NCBI GenBank assembly: GCA_018816735.1
Contig: JAHIVH010000085.1
Location: 18,066-82,065, forward strand
Source of the DNA: Pseudomonadota bacterium
GTDB taxonomy: Bacteria > Desulfobacterota > Desulfobacteria > Desulfobacterales > JAHIVH01
Length of the DNA: 64,000 nt
Reading direction: 5' to 3'
In this document: positions 1 through 10,655 of the stretch, one piece after another
How positions within the stretch are numbered: the first letter of the stretch is position 1
How the letters are laid out: the number at the start of each line of letters is the position of its first letter
Position numbers and translations under genes: made by a program
The notes under the pieces: model-generated
What the model saw: only the letters and a program-made list of their open reading frames with translations
Told to the model about the DNA's origin: nothing
The model's database searches: none

Positions 1-376
1 TTATATCTGTTATTTTGGGATAAACGTGACTTTTGTAAATATTATCACCATTTGAAATGATAAAATCATCCTGTTCCATAATATGATAGGCACACCACAA
101 TGAAAAAAGGTTGTTCGATATATCGTAATAGGGGTTGAATAGGATCTCTATGGGAATGCGTGACTGGTATTGAACAATATGTTCCTCAATTTTATGACTT
201 TTGTAGCCGGTAATAATGTAAATTCTGTTGATTCTGTCACTTTGGACGGCATTGTTGATTTGTCTCGCCAGAAGGGTTGTGCCATCGCCAAGATTGATAA
301 GGGATTTTGGGGTATCTTTTGTCAGTGGAAATAGTCTTTGTCCTGTTCCTGCAGCTAGAATAATTAGATTCATCAT
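1..376 (-). CDS. Sugar-phosphate nucleotidyl/cytidylyltransferase (NTP_transferase, LicC-like), N-terminal part only; the 3' end runs off the window
   Basis: Absent from the ORF track because there is no stop inside the window. My own translation downward from the ATG at 376 reads MMNLIILAAGTGQRLFPLTKDTPKSLINLGDGTTLLARQINNAV... The LAAGxGxRL...K loop is the nucleotide-binding signature of sugar-1-P nucleotidyltransferases. The gene starts 8 nt after the licD-like stop. Confidence 0.7.
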   Translation of the reverse strand, partial: MMNLIILAAGTGQRLFPLTKDTPKSLINLGDGTTLLARQINNAVQSDRINRIYIITGYKSHKIEEHIVQYQSRIPIEILFNPYYDISNNLFSLWCAYHIMEQDDFIISNGDNIYKSHVYPKITDI

Positions 377-384
377 ATTTCCTT

Positions 385-999
385 TTAATTAAGTGCCTTA
401 TCGTCAGAAAATGTATCCCATTCCTTAACAGGAATTCGCCAGTTTCCATACCTGTAGGTGAGGTAACCATCATAATCCTTTGGAACAAAATAGGTTTTAT
501 GATTAAAGGGCCAGGTCACCAATTCATTATAAAATTCTGCCGGAACAGATTTTTTGGTGTCTTTAACCCGCCAGTAATAGATCTCATCCTTCCTGAATTT
601 GATAAATATATCAAGGCAGACTTTTCCTCTGAAAAAGAAAAACCGACGCGAGCGCACTTTAATAATTCTGATTTTATCCTTATTAAAAGGCGGGTCATCT
701 TTTTCAAAGGATTTGGTTTTGACCCTGTACCCCAGTTTCTTAATCTTTGGAATACATTGAATGAGTTTTTCGTAGTCATTTTCCTTTACGGATATGTCAA
801 GGTCATTGTCCCAGGGCAGGAGTCGGTTTTCCCGAACCACCCCAAGCAGCGTCCCCCCCTCCAGCCAGTAACTGACCTGGCTTTTATCAAGGCAACCTGT
901 AACACGATCAAGAAGTTTTAAAGCCTTTTTTAAATTTGCCCCTTCAAGGGTATGATGACCTGACATAACAGAAGCTCTTTGAATTTCATTTTGTATCAT
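385..999 (-). CDS. LicD-family phosphotransferase (phosphocholine / phospho-alcohol transferase fold)
   Basis: 204 aa. YWLEGGTLLGVVRENRLLPWDNDLDISV matches the LicD signature (GTLLG..R followed by DxD). Tightly packed between kdsB and the nucleotidyltransferase gene. Confidence 0.75.
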   Translation of the reverse strand: MIQNEIQRASVMSGHHTLEGANLKKALKLLDRVTGCLDKSQVSYWLEGGTLLGVVRENRLLPWDNDLDISVKENDYEKLIQCIPKIKKLGYRVKTKSFEKDDPPFNKDKIRIIKVRSRRFFFFRGKVCLDIFIKFRKDEIYYWRVKDTKKSVPAEFYNELVTWPFNHKTYFVPKDYDGYLTYRYGNWRIPVKEWDTFSDDKALN

Positions 1000-1008
1000 T
1001 AAAAAACG

Positions 1009-1746
1009 TTATAAATTAAAAAGTTGCTCTACAATAGCAATATCTTCCGGCCTGTCCACACCGATGCTCTGATAGTCGGTTTCAATCACATGGATGGGGA
1101 TGCCGTTTTCAAGGAGCCTTAACTGCTCCAATTTTTCAGTCTTTTCAAGAATACTGGCCCCCAGGCTAACGAACTGTATGAGCGTTTTCATCCGAAATGC
1201 ATAAAGGCCGATATGACCATAATAGCGTTTCTTTTTATGATCTCTTGGAAATGGAATGACGGACCTTGAAAAATAGAGGGCCTTCCGGTTCCGGTCAAAG
1301 ACAACTTTCACCCGGTCCGGGTTTTTTGCTTCGTTTTCATCGATCGGTCTTATGGGTGTTGTGACCTGTATATTGGCATCGTTAAACGGAAGAATGAGCT
1401 GGGTAAGAATATCCGGCTCAAGTGCGGGTTCGTCTCCTTGAATATTGATCACCACCGCGTCATCGGGAATGCTCAATTTCCCCGCTGCTTCAAGAACCCG
1501 GTCTGTGCCGCTGGCATGATCCTTTCTGGTCATGACGCAGGGAACTTCCCAAGCGTTGGCGGCAGCCATGATTCTGTCGTCATCTGTGGCCAGAATCACC
1601 TTCGAAAGTCTTTCACATTTTGCAGCACGGGAATAAACATGAAAGAACATCGGTTTTCCCTGAATGAGGGCAAGTGGTTTTCCGGGAAATCTTTCCGAGT
1701 CATACCGGGCGGGAATGATACCATAACATGTTGGAAGTTCAGACAT
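1009..1746 (-). CDS. kdsB: 3-deoxy-manno-octulosonate cytidylyltransferase (CMP-Kdo synthetase)
   Basis: 245 aa. N-terminus [24 protein letters not shown] and an internal IQGDEP motif are typical of KdsB. Starts 1 nt after the waaA stop. Confidence 0.9.
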   Translation of the reverse strand: MSELPTCYGIIPARYDSERFPGKPLALIQGKPMFFHVYSRAAKCERLSKVILATDDDRIMAAANAWEVPCVMTRKDHASGTDRVLEAAGKLSIPDDAVVINIQGDEPALEPDILTQLILPFNDANIQVTTPIRPIDENEAKNPDRVKVVFDRNRKALYFSRSVIPFPRDHKKKRYYGHIGLYAFRMKTLIQFVSLGASILEKTEKLEQLRLLENGIPIHVIETDYQSIGVDRPEDIAIVEQLFNL

Positions 1747-1747
1747 A

Positions 1748-3043
1748 TCAGTTCTCTACCGTTTTTTCCCGGACATTGTCAAGCCCTGCATTGATCATAT
1801 CGCAGGCTATGTTGACGCCCCCTTTTCGTTTTTCGATATAGCCGGACACTTTTTGTCTGATGGTATCACGGTCTGTGGGCTCTGAAAGGTCTTTCATTAT
1901 GATATCGGCGACCTCCTCCCAGTTCTGACCGATTCTGACCAGACCTTCTTTGATGATCTCCTCTCCCACCCATGAAAAATTTTTCCAGGAAGGGCCGATC
2001 ACGGGTTTGACGCCGTATTTCAAGGGTTCAAGAAAATTCTGGCCACCCAGGGGCGCCAGACTGCCCCCCACAAATGCAGCCCTGAAATGGTTGTAGGCCA
2101 TCGAAAGCTCGCCAAACACATCCCACAGGATAACAGTCCCCTGTTGGATGGGCGCTTTGATGCCTGACCGGAGTATCCAGGGGATACCGGCCATTGAAAG
2201 CGTATTTTTCCAGAACATCACCCGGTGCATATGTCTGGGAATCAGACCGATAACCGTATCTGGTTTTTTTTTCATCAGACGTATAATGATTTTTTTTATA
2301 AATGGTTCCTCTTCCTGCCTGACTGATCCGAGGACCACGGATGGGCATTTTGGGGAAAACAGAGGGGGAGAGGTATCCATTCCCTTTTCATTTTCTGCAG
2401 ATGGCTCCAGTTCATCAAATTTGATATTGGGCATGACACCCACCTTATCGAACTGAAAAAGGGTCCTAAAACGATCTGCATCCTCGTGGGATATTGCTAT
2501 CACCTGGTCTGGCCGAAGGTACTTCCAGAGATCTGCCCAGAGCATGTATTTTTTTAGGCTTTTTTCAGTTATCCTGCCGTTTATAATAAGGGTTGGGCAT
2601 TTTTTTTCTTTCAGTGCGGCAAGCAGGCCCGGCCAGAGTTCAAGTTCCAAAAGAACCGTCAGTTTCGGCGCCACTTCCGCCAATGCCCTTTTCATCATCT
2701 CCGGCCGGTCAAATGGAAAATACGACGTGGCAATGTCAATAGCCGGATTTTTTCTTGCATCCAAAGACGCTTTTTCAAGCACTTCAACGCCTTGTCTGGT
2801 ACTTGAGGTCATCAGGATTTTTAAGGGGGATGTCGGGGAGAGATATCTGATGATAGCCCAGGCAAGATAGGCTTCACCACCTGAGGCGGCCTGAATCCAC
2901 AGATCAGCCGAAGGAAGCCCTTTTTTCATGGTTCTCTGGTCAAACCCTTCTGAAATTCTGTTGCTTAATCGAAGGATGGGAATGGCAGCCCCCCAGACCA
3001 GGTTATACACACGTATAGCTGTCTTTTCGGCTGCATGGGCCAT
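1748..3043 (-). CDS. waaA: 3-deoxy-D-manno-octulosonic acid (Kdo) transferase
   Basis: [14 protein letters not shown] (compare the HAASVGE motif) and the C-terminal [31 protein letters not shown] are WaaA/KdtA-like. The track ORF extends to 3142. I prefer the ATG at 3043 (MAHAAEK...), which gives about 431 aa as in characterised WaaA. Confidence 0.8.
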   Translation of the reverse strand: MAHAAEKTAIRVYNLVWGAAIPILRLSNRISEGFDQRTMKKGLPSADLWIQAASGGEAYLAWAIIRYLSPTSPLKILMTSSTRQGVEVLEKASLDARKNPAIDIATSYFPFDRPEMMKRALAEVAPKLTVLLELELWPGLLAALKEKKCPTLIINGRITEKSLKKYMLWADLWKYLRPDQVIAISHEDADRFRTLFQFDKVGVMPNIKFDELEPSAENEKGMDTSPPLFSPKCPSVVLGSVRQEEEPFIKKIIIRLMKKKPDTVIGLIPRHMHRVMFWKNTLSMAGIPWILRSGIKAPIQQGTVILWDVFGELSMAYNHFRAAFVGGSLAPLGGQNFLEPLKYGVKPVIGPSWKNFSWVGEEIIKEGLVRIGQNWEEVADIIMKDLSEPTDRDTIRQKVSGYIEKRKGGVNIACDMINAGLDNVREKTVEN

Positions 3044-3323
3044 TTCAGATGTTCCCTTTTTCCATAAACGATGATGTTTCCCTGTATCAACCCATAAAAT
3101 CTTCAGGCGTGGGATCATAAAGAAAAGAACAGCGTGTGTCAAATGTTAACCCTGAAAGTGGATAAAAAATTGGTCCGAATCCGTTTTTATGCATCGTCAG
3201 GGGTTAAGATTTGCATGCTTTATTATTGTCTGATATAAGTCCCATGTTAAAATATCGTCCTTTGACGGTGATTTTTAAGGGTGCTTTGAAATAAATTGAT
3301 AAACAGGTATGAAAGGATTAAAA

Positions 3324-3500
3324 ATGAGTATCAGTCAGGAGCTTCTTGATATTTTAGCCTGTCCGAAATGCAAGGAAAGCGTAAAACTCACCGAGCAGGA
3401 AGATGGATTGATTTGCGAAAACTGCAGACTGGTTTATGAAATTCGGGATGATATTCCGATCATGTTGATCGATGAGGCAAAACCGCTGCCGGTTGAGTGA
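3324..3500 (+). CDS. Trm112/YcaR-family small zinc-ribbon-like protein (UPF0434)
   Basis: LDILACPKCKESVKL...GLICENCRLVYEIRDDIPIMLIDEA is the Trm112p-like pattern. The alternative start at 3309 is in frame. AAAGGA lies 7 nt before the ATG at 3324. Confidence 0.75.
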   Translation: MSISQELLDILACPKCKESVKLTEQEDGLICENCRLVYEIRDDIPIMLIDEAKPLPVE

Positions 3501-3599
3501 ATGCAATATCAATTGGGTAATTAAAAATGGACATGGCGTGGCTATTGTCTGGAAACAGGATAGGGCTATGGACTTATGTAAAAAGGCAGTGACCCGTTC

Positions 3600-4160
3600 A
3601 TGAGTATACCAACGGCGCCAAAACCGGCCAAGCTGGTCATTGGTGTATACACAAAAGAGAAAGATCTCGTAAAATCATTGGCGGATATCTTTTCACGCGA
3701 ATATGGGGATATCGACCTGGTCAGTCAGTGGATCCCATTTGATTTTACGACATATTATGAACATGAAATGGGAAGCCCGCTTTACCGGAGGGTATTTTCC
3801 TTTAAGCGGCTGATCGAACAGGAGGCACTCTCCGATATTAAAGTTTTCACAAACAGCATCGAACAGACATTCATGGACAATGGTAAACGGCAGGTCAATA
3901 TCGATCCGGGATATATGCTCTATGCCCGATTCGTTCTTGCCACGGGAAAGGATTTCTCCCATCGTATTTATATTGGAAAAGGCATCTATGCGGATCTGAC
4001 GTTGATTTTTCAGAAAGGGTCATTCAAAACCCTTCCCTGGACCTATCCGGATTATGCGGACAGCGCCATGCAGACCTTCTTATATAAGGTTCGGGACAAG
4101 TATGCGTTTGATCTCAAAATGGGCAGGACCGATTTGGCAGAGACAAAACCGAGAGGATAA
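3600..4160 (+). CDS. Conserved hypothetical protein (possibly DUF4416-like)
   Basis: 186-aa clean ORF with normal codon usage, immediately upstream of yicC. The family assignment comes from memory of the PFDFTTYYEHEMG / NIDPGY pattern and is weak. Confidence 0.55.
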   Translation: MSIPTAPKPAKLVIGVYTKEKDLVKSLADIFSREYGDIDLVSQWIPFDFTTYYEHEMGSPLYRRVFSFKRLIEQEALSDIKVFTNSIEQTFMDNGKRQVNIDPGYMLYARFVLATGKDFSHRIYIGKGIYADLTLIFQKGSFKTLPWTYPDYADSAMQTFLYKVRDKYAFDLKMGRTDLAETKPRG

Positions 4161-4164
4161 ACAA

Positions 4165-5046
4165 ATGATAAGAAGCATGACCGCATTTTCAAGGGCTGAG
4201 AAGACCACAGATACAACTGCTGTAAGGATTGAGATCAAATCCTATAACAGCCGTTATCTGGATATTAAAATTCATATCACGCATGGGTATCATGCGCTTG
4301 AGGACAAAATAAAGACTAAGATAGCCGAACAGATCACCCGTGGCAGAATCGAACTTCATGTCAACATCAAGGATGAATCTGAAGGCAGCAAGTCATTTGA
4401 CCTTGATCTGGAAAAGGCAAAAGCCTATTTTCAGTCACTTTCAAAGTTGAAAACCGTTTTGAGTCTGAAAGAAGACATCTCTCTTGCTCATGTTTTAAAT
4501 GCAGGCAATTTGATTACGCCGGCTTCCGGTGAAGATAACTCGGATGCGCTATGGGCTGTGGCAAGCGAATGCCTGGATGATGCGATATCCCAGCTGAATG
4601 CCATGCGGGCGAGGGAGGGCGATTATCTCTCAACGGATTTCAGCCAGAGAATGGAAAAAATAGAAACCATCTTAGGACAGATAGAAGAAGGCGCCACCGG
4701 TCTTTTGGAACAATATCGGGACAGGCTGTCCGAACGGATCAAGGCATTGACAAACGGCATGGCAGAGATCGATCCCCAGCGGATTGCCCAGGAATCGGCT
4801 TTTCTTGCAGACCGGAGTGATATTTCGGAAGAAATCGTGAGAACAAAAAGCCATCTCAAACAGTTCAGGCGAATTGTGGCATCGGATGAACCTGGCGGCA
4901 GAAAACTGAATTTCCTGCTTCAGGAATTTAACCGTGAGTTTAATACCATGGGGTCAAAGATAGGCAACGCGGATATCTCCCACCTGGTGGTGGATGTAAA
5001 ATCAGAGCTGGAAAAAGTCAGGGAGCAGATACAGAACATTGAATAA
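4165..5046 (+). CDS. yicC: YicC-family stress-induced protein (UPF0701)
   Basis: Starts [13 protein letters not shown] (the canonical YicC N-terminus is MxxSMTGFGR) and ends in the DUF1732-like [12 protein letters not shown]. The track ORF from 4054 is an upstream extension overlapping the previous gene. GAGAGGA RBS lies before 4165. Confidence 0.85.
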   Translation: MIRSMTAFSRAEKTTDTTAVRIEIKSYNSRYLDIKIHITHGYHALEDKIKTKIAEQITRGRIELHVNIKDESEGSKSFDLDLEKAKAYFQSLSKLKTVLSLKEDISLAHVLNAGNLITPASGEDNSDALWAVASECLDDAISQLNAMRAREGDYLSTDFSQRMEKIETILGQIEEGATGLLEQYRDRLSERIKALTNGMAEIDPQRIAQESAFLADRSDISEEIVRTKSHLKQFRRIVASDEPGGRKLNFLLQEFNREFNTMGSKIGNADISHLVVDVKSELEKVREQIQNIE

Positions 5047-5087
5047 CAAATGTTGAGAGCGTTCATATTTTTTTGAATCGAGGAATT

Positions 5088-5360
5088 ATGGAACAGAATC
5101 TTTTGAATATCGGATTTGGCAGCAGTGTGATTGCAGACCGGGTTGTGGCCATTGTATCGCCCAGTTCAGCGCCGATGAAACGGCTGAAAGATGATGCCAA
5201 GGAAGAAAAACGGCTGATCGATGCCACCTATGGCAGAAGGACCCGGGCCATTATTATCATGGACAGCAATCATGTGGTTCTTTCGGCCATTCAGTCTGAA
5301 ACCGTGGCCCAGCGATATGCCATGATGAAAGAAGGATCAAAGGCCAAAGATGTGCCCTGA
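5088..5360 (+). CDS. RemA/DUF370-family small regulatory protein
   Basis: [68 protein letters not shown] is the RemA/YlzA pattern. The yicC-remA-gmk order is conserved in many bacteria. Confidence 0.8.
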   Translation: MEQNLLNIGFGSSVIADRVVAIVSPSSAPMKRLKDDAKEEKRLIDATYGRRTRAIIIMDSNHVVLSAIQSETVAQRYAMMKEGSKAKDVP

Positions 5361-5421
5361 AAAATACAGGATCATTAAATCCTAAATTGAAGTCATTCAT
5401 GAAATAAAAAAAGGAGACATC

Positions 5422-5994
5422 ATGCCCCGGAAAGGTCGCATTTTTATTATTTCAGCGCCTTCAGGCGCGGGAAAAACAACGCTTTGCAGAGTCATTCTCG
5501 AGCGTTTTCCAGACATGGTGTATTCGATTTCAGCCACAACGAGGCTCCCCCGTCCTGGTGAAAAGGATGGCGTGGATTACTATTTTCTACCAATGGCGGA
5601 GTTCAAGAAAAAAATTGACCACGATGCCTGGGCAGAATGGGCGGAGGTTCACGGCAACTTTTATGGGACTTTAAGAGACAATATCGAAAAAAATATTTTT
5701 CAGGGGAAGGATGTGCTTCTTGATGTGGACGTGAAGGGCGCTGCACAGATTCAGACCCGATACGACGATTGCATCCTCATTTTCATCATGCCCCCTTCTG
5801 TGGAAATTTTGAGAAAGCGCCTGTCCGGGCGGGCGGCAGACAGCAGTGACGATATTGAAAAACGGATGAAGAATGCAGAAGAAGAAATGGCCATGCGTGA
5901 TATTTATCATCACGTGATCGTGAACGATCAGTTGGAGAGATCCATAAAGGAACTGACCGATCTGATTGATGCCTATCGCGAGGGGCAGAATTGA
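5422..5994 (+). CDS. gmk: Guanylate kinase
   Basis: 190 aa. P-loop SAPSGAGKTT, plus TTRLPRPGEKDGVDYYF. Confidence 0.95.
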   Translation: MPRKGRIFIISAPSGAGKTTLCRVILERFPDMVYSISATTRLPRPGEKDGVDYYFLPMAEFKKKIDHDAWAEWAEVHGNFYGTLRDNIEKNIFQGKDVLLDVDVKGAAQIQTRYDDCILIFIMPPSVEILRKRLSGRAADSSDDIEKRMKNAEEEMAMRDIYHHVIVNDQLERSIKELTDLIDAYREGQN

Positions 5995-6046
5995 TCAGGC
6001 GGTTTTCAAGGGTTCTGTACCAAAAGGGAAAGCGTGTTTTCCAGTT

Positions 6047-6841
6047 ATGAAAAAGCAAAAGAAACATCCGCGTTTAACTGAATCGCCCGGAAAGGACTCA
6101 TCTGAGATCTTGTATGGCGTGCATGCCGTAAAAGAGGCCCTTTCAGCCGGACGGCGGACATTTGAAAAAATTTTTATCCTCGGAGAAAACATTTCCGGAG
6201 AGCGATCTGAAATCGTTGACAAAGCGAAGATGATCGATAGTCCTGTTGAAACCACTTCCCGGCCGCAACTGGACATGATGACGGATAATGCGGTCCATCA
6301 GGGCGTCGCTGCCATCGTGAGCCCGTTTCCGGTTGAAACCATAGACCGTTTTTTTTTGAAATGTCGGTCAGAAGGCGCCCCCCCTTTTTTGCTGATTCTG
6401 GACAGTATCGTCGATACCCACAATCTGGGGGCGCTGATACGGACATCCGTGTGTGCCGGGGTGAATGGCATCATCGTTCCCAAGGATCGCTCCGCCCGAC
6501 CCTCACCTGCGGTGTCAAAGGCGTCTGCCGGCGCCATGGAGCATGCGATGATCGGCATGGCGACGAATCTTTCGAAAACCATAAACGACTTAAAGGAATT
6601 GGGGGTCTGGATCGCCGGGCTTGACGCAGATGCCGACAACCCGCTATATAAAACAGACCTGACAGGACCGATTGCCATTGTTGTGGGCGGGGAGGAAAAA
6701 GGCTTACGGCCGCTTGTGAAAAAGCAATGTGATTTTGTGATTTCCATTCCCCAAAGTGGAACTGTCAATTCTCTTAATGCGTCTGTTGCAGGTGCCGTTG
6801 TGATGTATGAGGCCTTCAGGCAGCGGATAAAAGACAAATAA
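6047..6841 (+). CDS. rlmB: 23S rRNA (guanosine-2'-O)-methyltransferase, SpoU/TrmH family (RlmB-like)
   Basis: ILYGVHAVKEAL at the N-terminus, then the SpoU motifs LDSIVDTHNLGALIRT, IVVGGEEKGLRP and SLNASVAGAVVMYE. The track start at 5966 overlaps gmk, so I prefer the ATG at 6047. Confidence 0.8.
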   Translation: MKKQKKHPRLTESPGKDSSEILYGVHAVKEALSAGRRTFEKIFILGENISGERSEIVDKAKMIDSPVETTSRPQLDMMTDNAVHQGVAAIVSPFPVETIDRFFLKCRSEGAPPFLLILDSIVDTHNLGALIRTSVCAGVNGIIVPKDRSARPSPAVSKASAGAMEHAMIGMATNLSKTINDLKELGVWIAGLDADADNPLYKTDLTGPIAIVVGGEEKGLRPLVKKQCDFVISIPQSGTVNSLNASVAGAVVMYEAFRQRIKDK

Positions 6842-6884
6842 AATGGTTCAATTGGTTTTTTTATAAAGAAAGGGAGTTTTAAAT

Positions 6885-8114
6885 ATGGAAAGTAAAAAAA
6901 TTACCAAACTGGATGACGGGACGTTAAACGTACCGGATTGCCCGATTATTCCCTATATAGAAGGAGACGGCACCGGACCGGATATCTGGGCCGCCACGCA
7001 AATGGTCATAGATGGTGCGGTGAAGGCTGCATATGGGGATAAAAGAAAGATTGACTGGCTGGAGCTTCTGGTCGGAGAAAAAGGATACGAAAAAACAGGC
7101 GAGTGGCTGTCAGGCAAGGCTCTCAAAACAATTGAGGACCATGTGGTCGCGATCAAGGGGCCGCTTACCACACCTGTGGGAAAAGGCATCCGAAGCCTGA
7201 ATGTGACCATTCGGCAGAAACTGGATCTGTATGCCTGTATCCGGCCGGTGAAATACATCGATCCTGTGCCTTCTCCCATGAAATCCCCGGAAAAGATTGA
7301 TATGATCGTCTTCAGGGAAAATACAGAGGACGTATACGCAGGTATTGAATATTCATCCGGAAGTGCTGAATGTGAAAAAGTTGTCGCGTTTTTAAGAAAG
7401 GAAATGGGTGCGAACATCCCGGAAGGTGCAGGGATAGGCATCAAACCGATAAGCGCCCAAAATACCAAACGTCTGGTGGCAAGCGCCATTACCCATGCCA
7501 TTGACAACAACCTGCCCAGCGTTACCCTGATGCACAAAGGGAATATCATGAAGTTTACCGAAGGCGCTTTCCGAATCTGGGGCTATGAGGTGGCCAAAGA
7601 GAAATTCGCGGACAAGACCATTACGGAAGATGAACTCTGGAAAAAGTACAATGGCAATGCGCCGGAAGGGAAAGTCATCATCAAGGACCGGATCGCAGAC
7701 ATGCTCTTCCAGCAGGTTCTCCTGAGACCCGATGAATACAGTGTGATTGCCACGCCAAACCTGAATGGCGATTATATCTCAGATGCGCTTGCCGCCCAGG
7801 TCGGCGGCCTTGGCATGGCGCCAGGCGCAAACATCGGAGACACCTGCGCGGTATTTGAAGCCACCCATGGTACGGCCCCCAAATACGCCGGGCTTGACAA
7901 GGTCAACCCCACCTCGCTTATTCTGTCCGGTGCCATGATGCTTGAATATATGGGGTGGAAGGAAGCGTCGACGGCTATTCGGGATGCACTTCAAGTGACG
8001 GTGAAGGCCGGAATTGTCACTTATGATCTCGCCCGTCAGATCGATGGTGCCAAAGAGGTCAAGTGCTCTGAATTCGGCAAAGCGGTTGTGTCCAATATGA
8101 AAAAGGCCGGTTGA
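6885..8114 (+). CDS. icd: NADP-dependent isocitrate dehydrogenase (homodimeric type)
   Basis: 409 aa. [32 protein letters not shown] and [27 protein letters not shown] are classical Icd motifs. Confidence 0.95.
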   Translation: MESKKITKLDDGTLNVPDCPIIPYIEGDGTGPDIWAATQMVIDGAVKAAYGDKRKIDWLELLVGEKGYEKTGEWLSGKALKTIEDHVVAIKGPLTTPVGKGIRSLNVTIRQKLDLYACIRPVKYIDPVPSPMKSPEKIDMIVFRENTEDVYAGIEYSSGSAECEKVVAFLRKEMGANIPEGAGIGIKPISAQNTKRLVASAITHAIDNNLPSVTLMHKGNIMKFTEGAFRIWGYEVAKEKFADKTITEDELWKKYNGNAPEGKVIIKDRIADMLFQQVLLRPDEYSVIATPNLNGDYISDALAAQVGGLGMAPGANIGDTCAVFEATHGTAPKYAGLDKVNPTSLILSGAMMLEYMGWKEASTAIRDALQVTVKAGIVTYDLARQIDGAKEVKCSEFGKAVVSNMKKAG

Positions 8115-8147
8115 TTTTTTAAGCGGATGCGTTAAAAAAAGGTATCG

Positions 8148-9044
8148 ATGATATGCCAGTGTGTGCCATTTAAGGGAATGATGGGAAAAGGAAGGGAAGC
8201 CTTCTCCCGTATTTCCAGCGGGTTTTTATCTGCACTGTTCCCGGAATTTTGTCTCGGGTGCGGGGTGTTTTTGGAGAGAATCACCGGTGCAGACAAGAAG
8301 GATTCCTTTCCCGAGTTTCCCAAGGGCTTCATGCAGGCGGATATAGAAACCGTTTTCAGAATGGCCCTTGATACGATGATGTGCCAGGATTGCCTCGATA
8401 CCTTTCAGGCGGTGACATCTCCCTTTTGCATCAAGTGCGGAACGGTTTTTCAAAGCCGGGAAGGGAATGACCGGTTATGCGGCGCCTGCCTGAAAAACCC
8501 TGGCAGATACAGAATGGCAAGGGCTGCCGGTGTGTTTCAAGGGAGTCTGTTGGATGCGATTCACCTGTTCAAGTATCAGGGAAAGCTTCAGCTGGCAAAG
8601 CCCCTTTCACGGGTTCTTTTGTATGCCCTGATGGTGTATGCCCATGAATTTGCAGAGGGGCAGAACATCGACATGATTGTTCCGGTGCCGCTTCATCCCA
8701 AACGGTTCAGGGAAAGAGGATTCAACCAGGCGTACCTTCTGATTCAACACTGGGAGAAGATGGCCGCTTCATTTGGCCGGGCGCTTCCTTATATATCAAT
8801 CGAACGGCATGTCCTAATACGAAAAAAATATACGGATTCTCAAACAGGCCTGGGAAAGAAAGAACGGCAAAAGAACATCAACGGCGCGTTTCAGGTTTCA
8901 GGAAAGATCGATATCAGGAACAAACGCGTGCTTCTGGTGGATGATGTCTATACGACCGGTTCCACGGTCAATGAGTGTGTCGGCGTGCTGTTAAAAGGCG
9001 GGGCACGATATGTGGATATACTGACACTTGCAAGAACGGTTTGA
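8148..9044 (+). CDS. ComF-family phosphoribosyltransferase-like protein
   Basis: N-terminal Cys pairs (CLGCG, CQDC, CIKCG, CGAC) and the C-terminal PRTase motif VLLVDDVYTTGSTVNEC. The exact start is uncertain. Confidence 0.8.
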   Translation: MICQCVPFKGMMGKGREAFSRISSGFLSALFPEFCLGCGVFLERITGADKKDSFPEFPKGFMQADIETVFRMALDTMMCQDCLDTFQAVTSPFCIKCGTVFQSREGNDRLCGACLKNPGRYRMARAAGVFQGSLLDAIHLFKYQGKLQLAKPLSRVLLYALMVYAHEFAEGQNIDMIVPVPLHPKRFRERGFNQAYLLIQHWEKMAASFGRALPYISIERHVLIRKKYTDSQTGLGKKERQKNINGAFQVSGKIDIRNKRVLLVDDVYTTGSTVNECVGVLLKGGARYVDILTLARTV

Positions 9045-9055
9045 ACGGGAAACAG

Positions 9056-9853
9056 ATGACAGGAGAGAATAAACGCATCAGGGTAGGTATTGTCCAGCCG
9101 GACATAAGATTTGGAGATGTTGACGAAAACATTCATCAGGTGTGCGGATATCTCGACGACCTGGGAAAAAGAGGCGCTGATCTGGCTCTTCTTCCGGAGT
9201 TGTGGTCCTGCGGGTTTGACAATGACCATCTGTCTGTTCATGCCGAAAAAACACCGGCGATACTTGAAAAACTCTCGAAGATCGCATCGGCCCATCAGAT
9301 GCTGATCGCAGGGTCGCTCCCTGAAAAAGAGGGGAAAAGTATCTACAACACCCTTTATCTTCATGAAAAAGACGGACGTCTTGCCACCAGTTACAGGAAA
9401 GTTCATCTTTTTTCTTTTGCAGGAGAAGACCGGTTTTTCAAAAGCGGTGAAAGGGCTGTTTTATCTAACACATCCATTGGTCGCATCGGGCTGATGATTT
9501 GTTATGATTTGAGATTTCCCGAACTGTGCCGGAAACTGGTTGTACAGGGTGCGCATATGATACTCGTGTCTGCCCAGTGGCCAACGCCGAGAACCCCGCA
9601 TTGGGATGCACTGATCAAAGCCAGGGCCATCGAGAATCAGGTGTTTATGATTGCGTCAAACAGACGCGGCAGGGATGTCACCAATGAATACTCAGGCCAT
9701 TCACAGATTGTCTCTCCGTCCGGTGAGGTGCTTGCCATGACGGAAAGTGATCAGGCGATACTTGAGAAAGAGATCGATTTAAGAGATATAGACAGGGTGA
9801 GAAAGGCGATGCCCTGTCTTGAAGAGAGGCGGCCGGATGTTTACGGGAAATGA
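9056..9853 (+). CDS. Carbon-nitrogen hydrolase (nitrilase superfamily) protein
   Basis: E-K-C triad contexts LPELW, YRKVHLF and LMICYDLRFPE. The track start at 8975 overlaps comF; the ATG at 9056 follows the comF stop. Confidence 0.8.
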   Translation: MTGENKRIRVGIVQPDIRFGDVDENIHQVCGYLDDLGKRGADLALLPELWSCGFDNDHLSVHAEKTPAILEKLSKIASAHQMLIAGSLPEKEGKSIYNTLYLHEKDGRLATSYRKVHLFSFAGEDRFFKSGERAVLSNTSIGRIGLMICYDLRFPELCRKLVVQGAHMILVSAQWPTPRTPHWDALIKARAIENQVFMIASNRRGRDVTNEYSGHSQIVSPSGEVLAMTESDQAILEKEIDLRDIDRVRKAMPCLEERRPDVYGK

Positions 9854-10655
9854 CATCGTTCAGACACAAATAGGAGACTTGACTTATCTCCGGTTTAAAA
9901 TGTTTCAGGCGTTTCCGGATATCTCCCATGCCATGTTCACGAGAAAGGGAGGGAAAAGTGCGAGCCCTTTCGATAGCCTGAATGTGGGAGAAAATGTGGG
10001 GGATGATCCAAAAGCGGTTGTTGAAAACCGGAAAACGGTTCTGGCCGTCACCGGTGGAAAAACCCTTGTCTCTCTTCGTCAGGTTCACGGAACAGATGTC
10101 TTGAAAGTTGTGCATGATAAGGGTTTAGAGGATATTGCGCCTGAGGCTGATGCGCTCATTACAAACAGGCCGGATATCGATCTGTTGATCAAGGTGGCTG
10201 ACTGCCAGCCCGTGTTTTTATATGATTATAAAAATCATGTGATTGCCAATGTCCACTCCGGCTGGCGTGGCAGTGTGAATAACGTTCTGGGGAAAACCGT
10301 TCAGGAAATGAAAACGGCTTTTTGTTGTGACCCGAAAACCATATTGGCCGGTATCGGTCCCTCCCTGGGTCCGTGCTGTTCCGAGTTTGTCAATTTTCGG
10401 GAAGAAATACCGGAACATTTATGGTCATACAGGGATGAATCAGACCATTTTGATTTCTGGAAGATGAGCAGGGATCAATTGATAGACGAAGGATTAACTG
10501 ATAGTCAGATCAGTGTGGCCGGCCTCTGTACCAGATGCCTTCCGGATCTTTTTTATTCTTACAGAGGGGAACAGATTACCGGAAGGCTTGCCTGCGTGAT
10601 CGGTTTGAGGGAAAAAGGAAATATCTTGTCAGGAGAAATGAATGACGAACACTAA
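9837..10655 (+). CDS. pgeF: PgeF/YfiH-family purine nucleoside phosphorylase / laccase-domain protein (DUF152)
   Basis: Motifs RQVHG, ADALIT, VADCQPV, HSGWRG and the C-terminal CT.C....FYSYR. Confidence 0.8.
   Translation: MFTGNDIVQTQIGDLTYLRFKMFQAFPDISHAMFTRKGGKSASPFDSLNVGENVGDDPKAVVENRKTVLAVTGGKTLVSLRQVHGTDVLKVVHDKGLEDIAPEADALITNRPDIDLLIKVADCQPVFLYDYKNHVIANVHSGWRGSVNNVLGKTVQEMKTAFCCDPKTILAGIGPSLGPCCSEFVNFREEIPEHLWSYRDESDHFDFWKMSRDQLIDEGLTDSQISVAGLCTRCLPDLFYSYRGEQITGRLACVIGLREKGNILSGEMNDEH

Noticed and set aside
4054-4164. N-terminal extensions of track ORFs: 4054 (yicC), 5966 (rlmB), 8975 (nitrilase-like), 40025 (activase), 48492 (lipoprotein), 27992 (lptD) and 24059 (holB).
   Set aside because: The extensions overlap the preceding gene or use alternative start codons. 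Internal ATGs with an SD reproduce the canonical family N-termini, so the shorter models were preferred.
6298-6837. A 179-aa minus-strand ORF antisense to rlmB. Similar long antisense or alternate-frame ORFs occur at 6953-7549, 43479-44168, 46003-46527, 56664-57332 and 58587-59189.
   Set aside because: Each is fully embedded in a gene with clear family motifs on the other strand or frame. Their translations are Ser/Arg/Pro-rich and motif-free. These are typical shadow ORFs of moderately GC-rich coding DNA.
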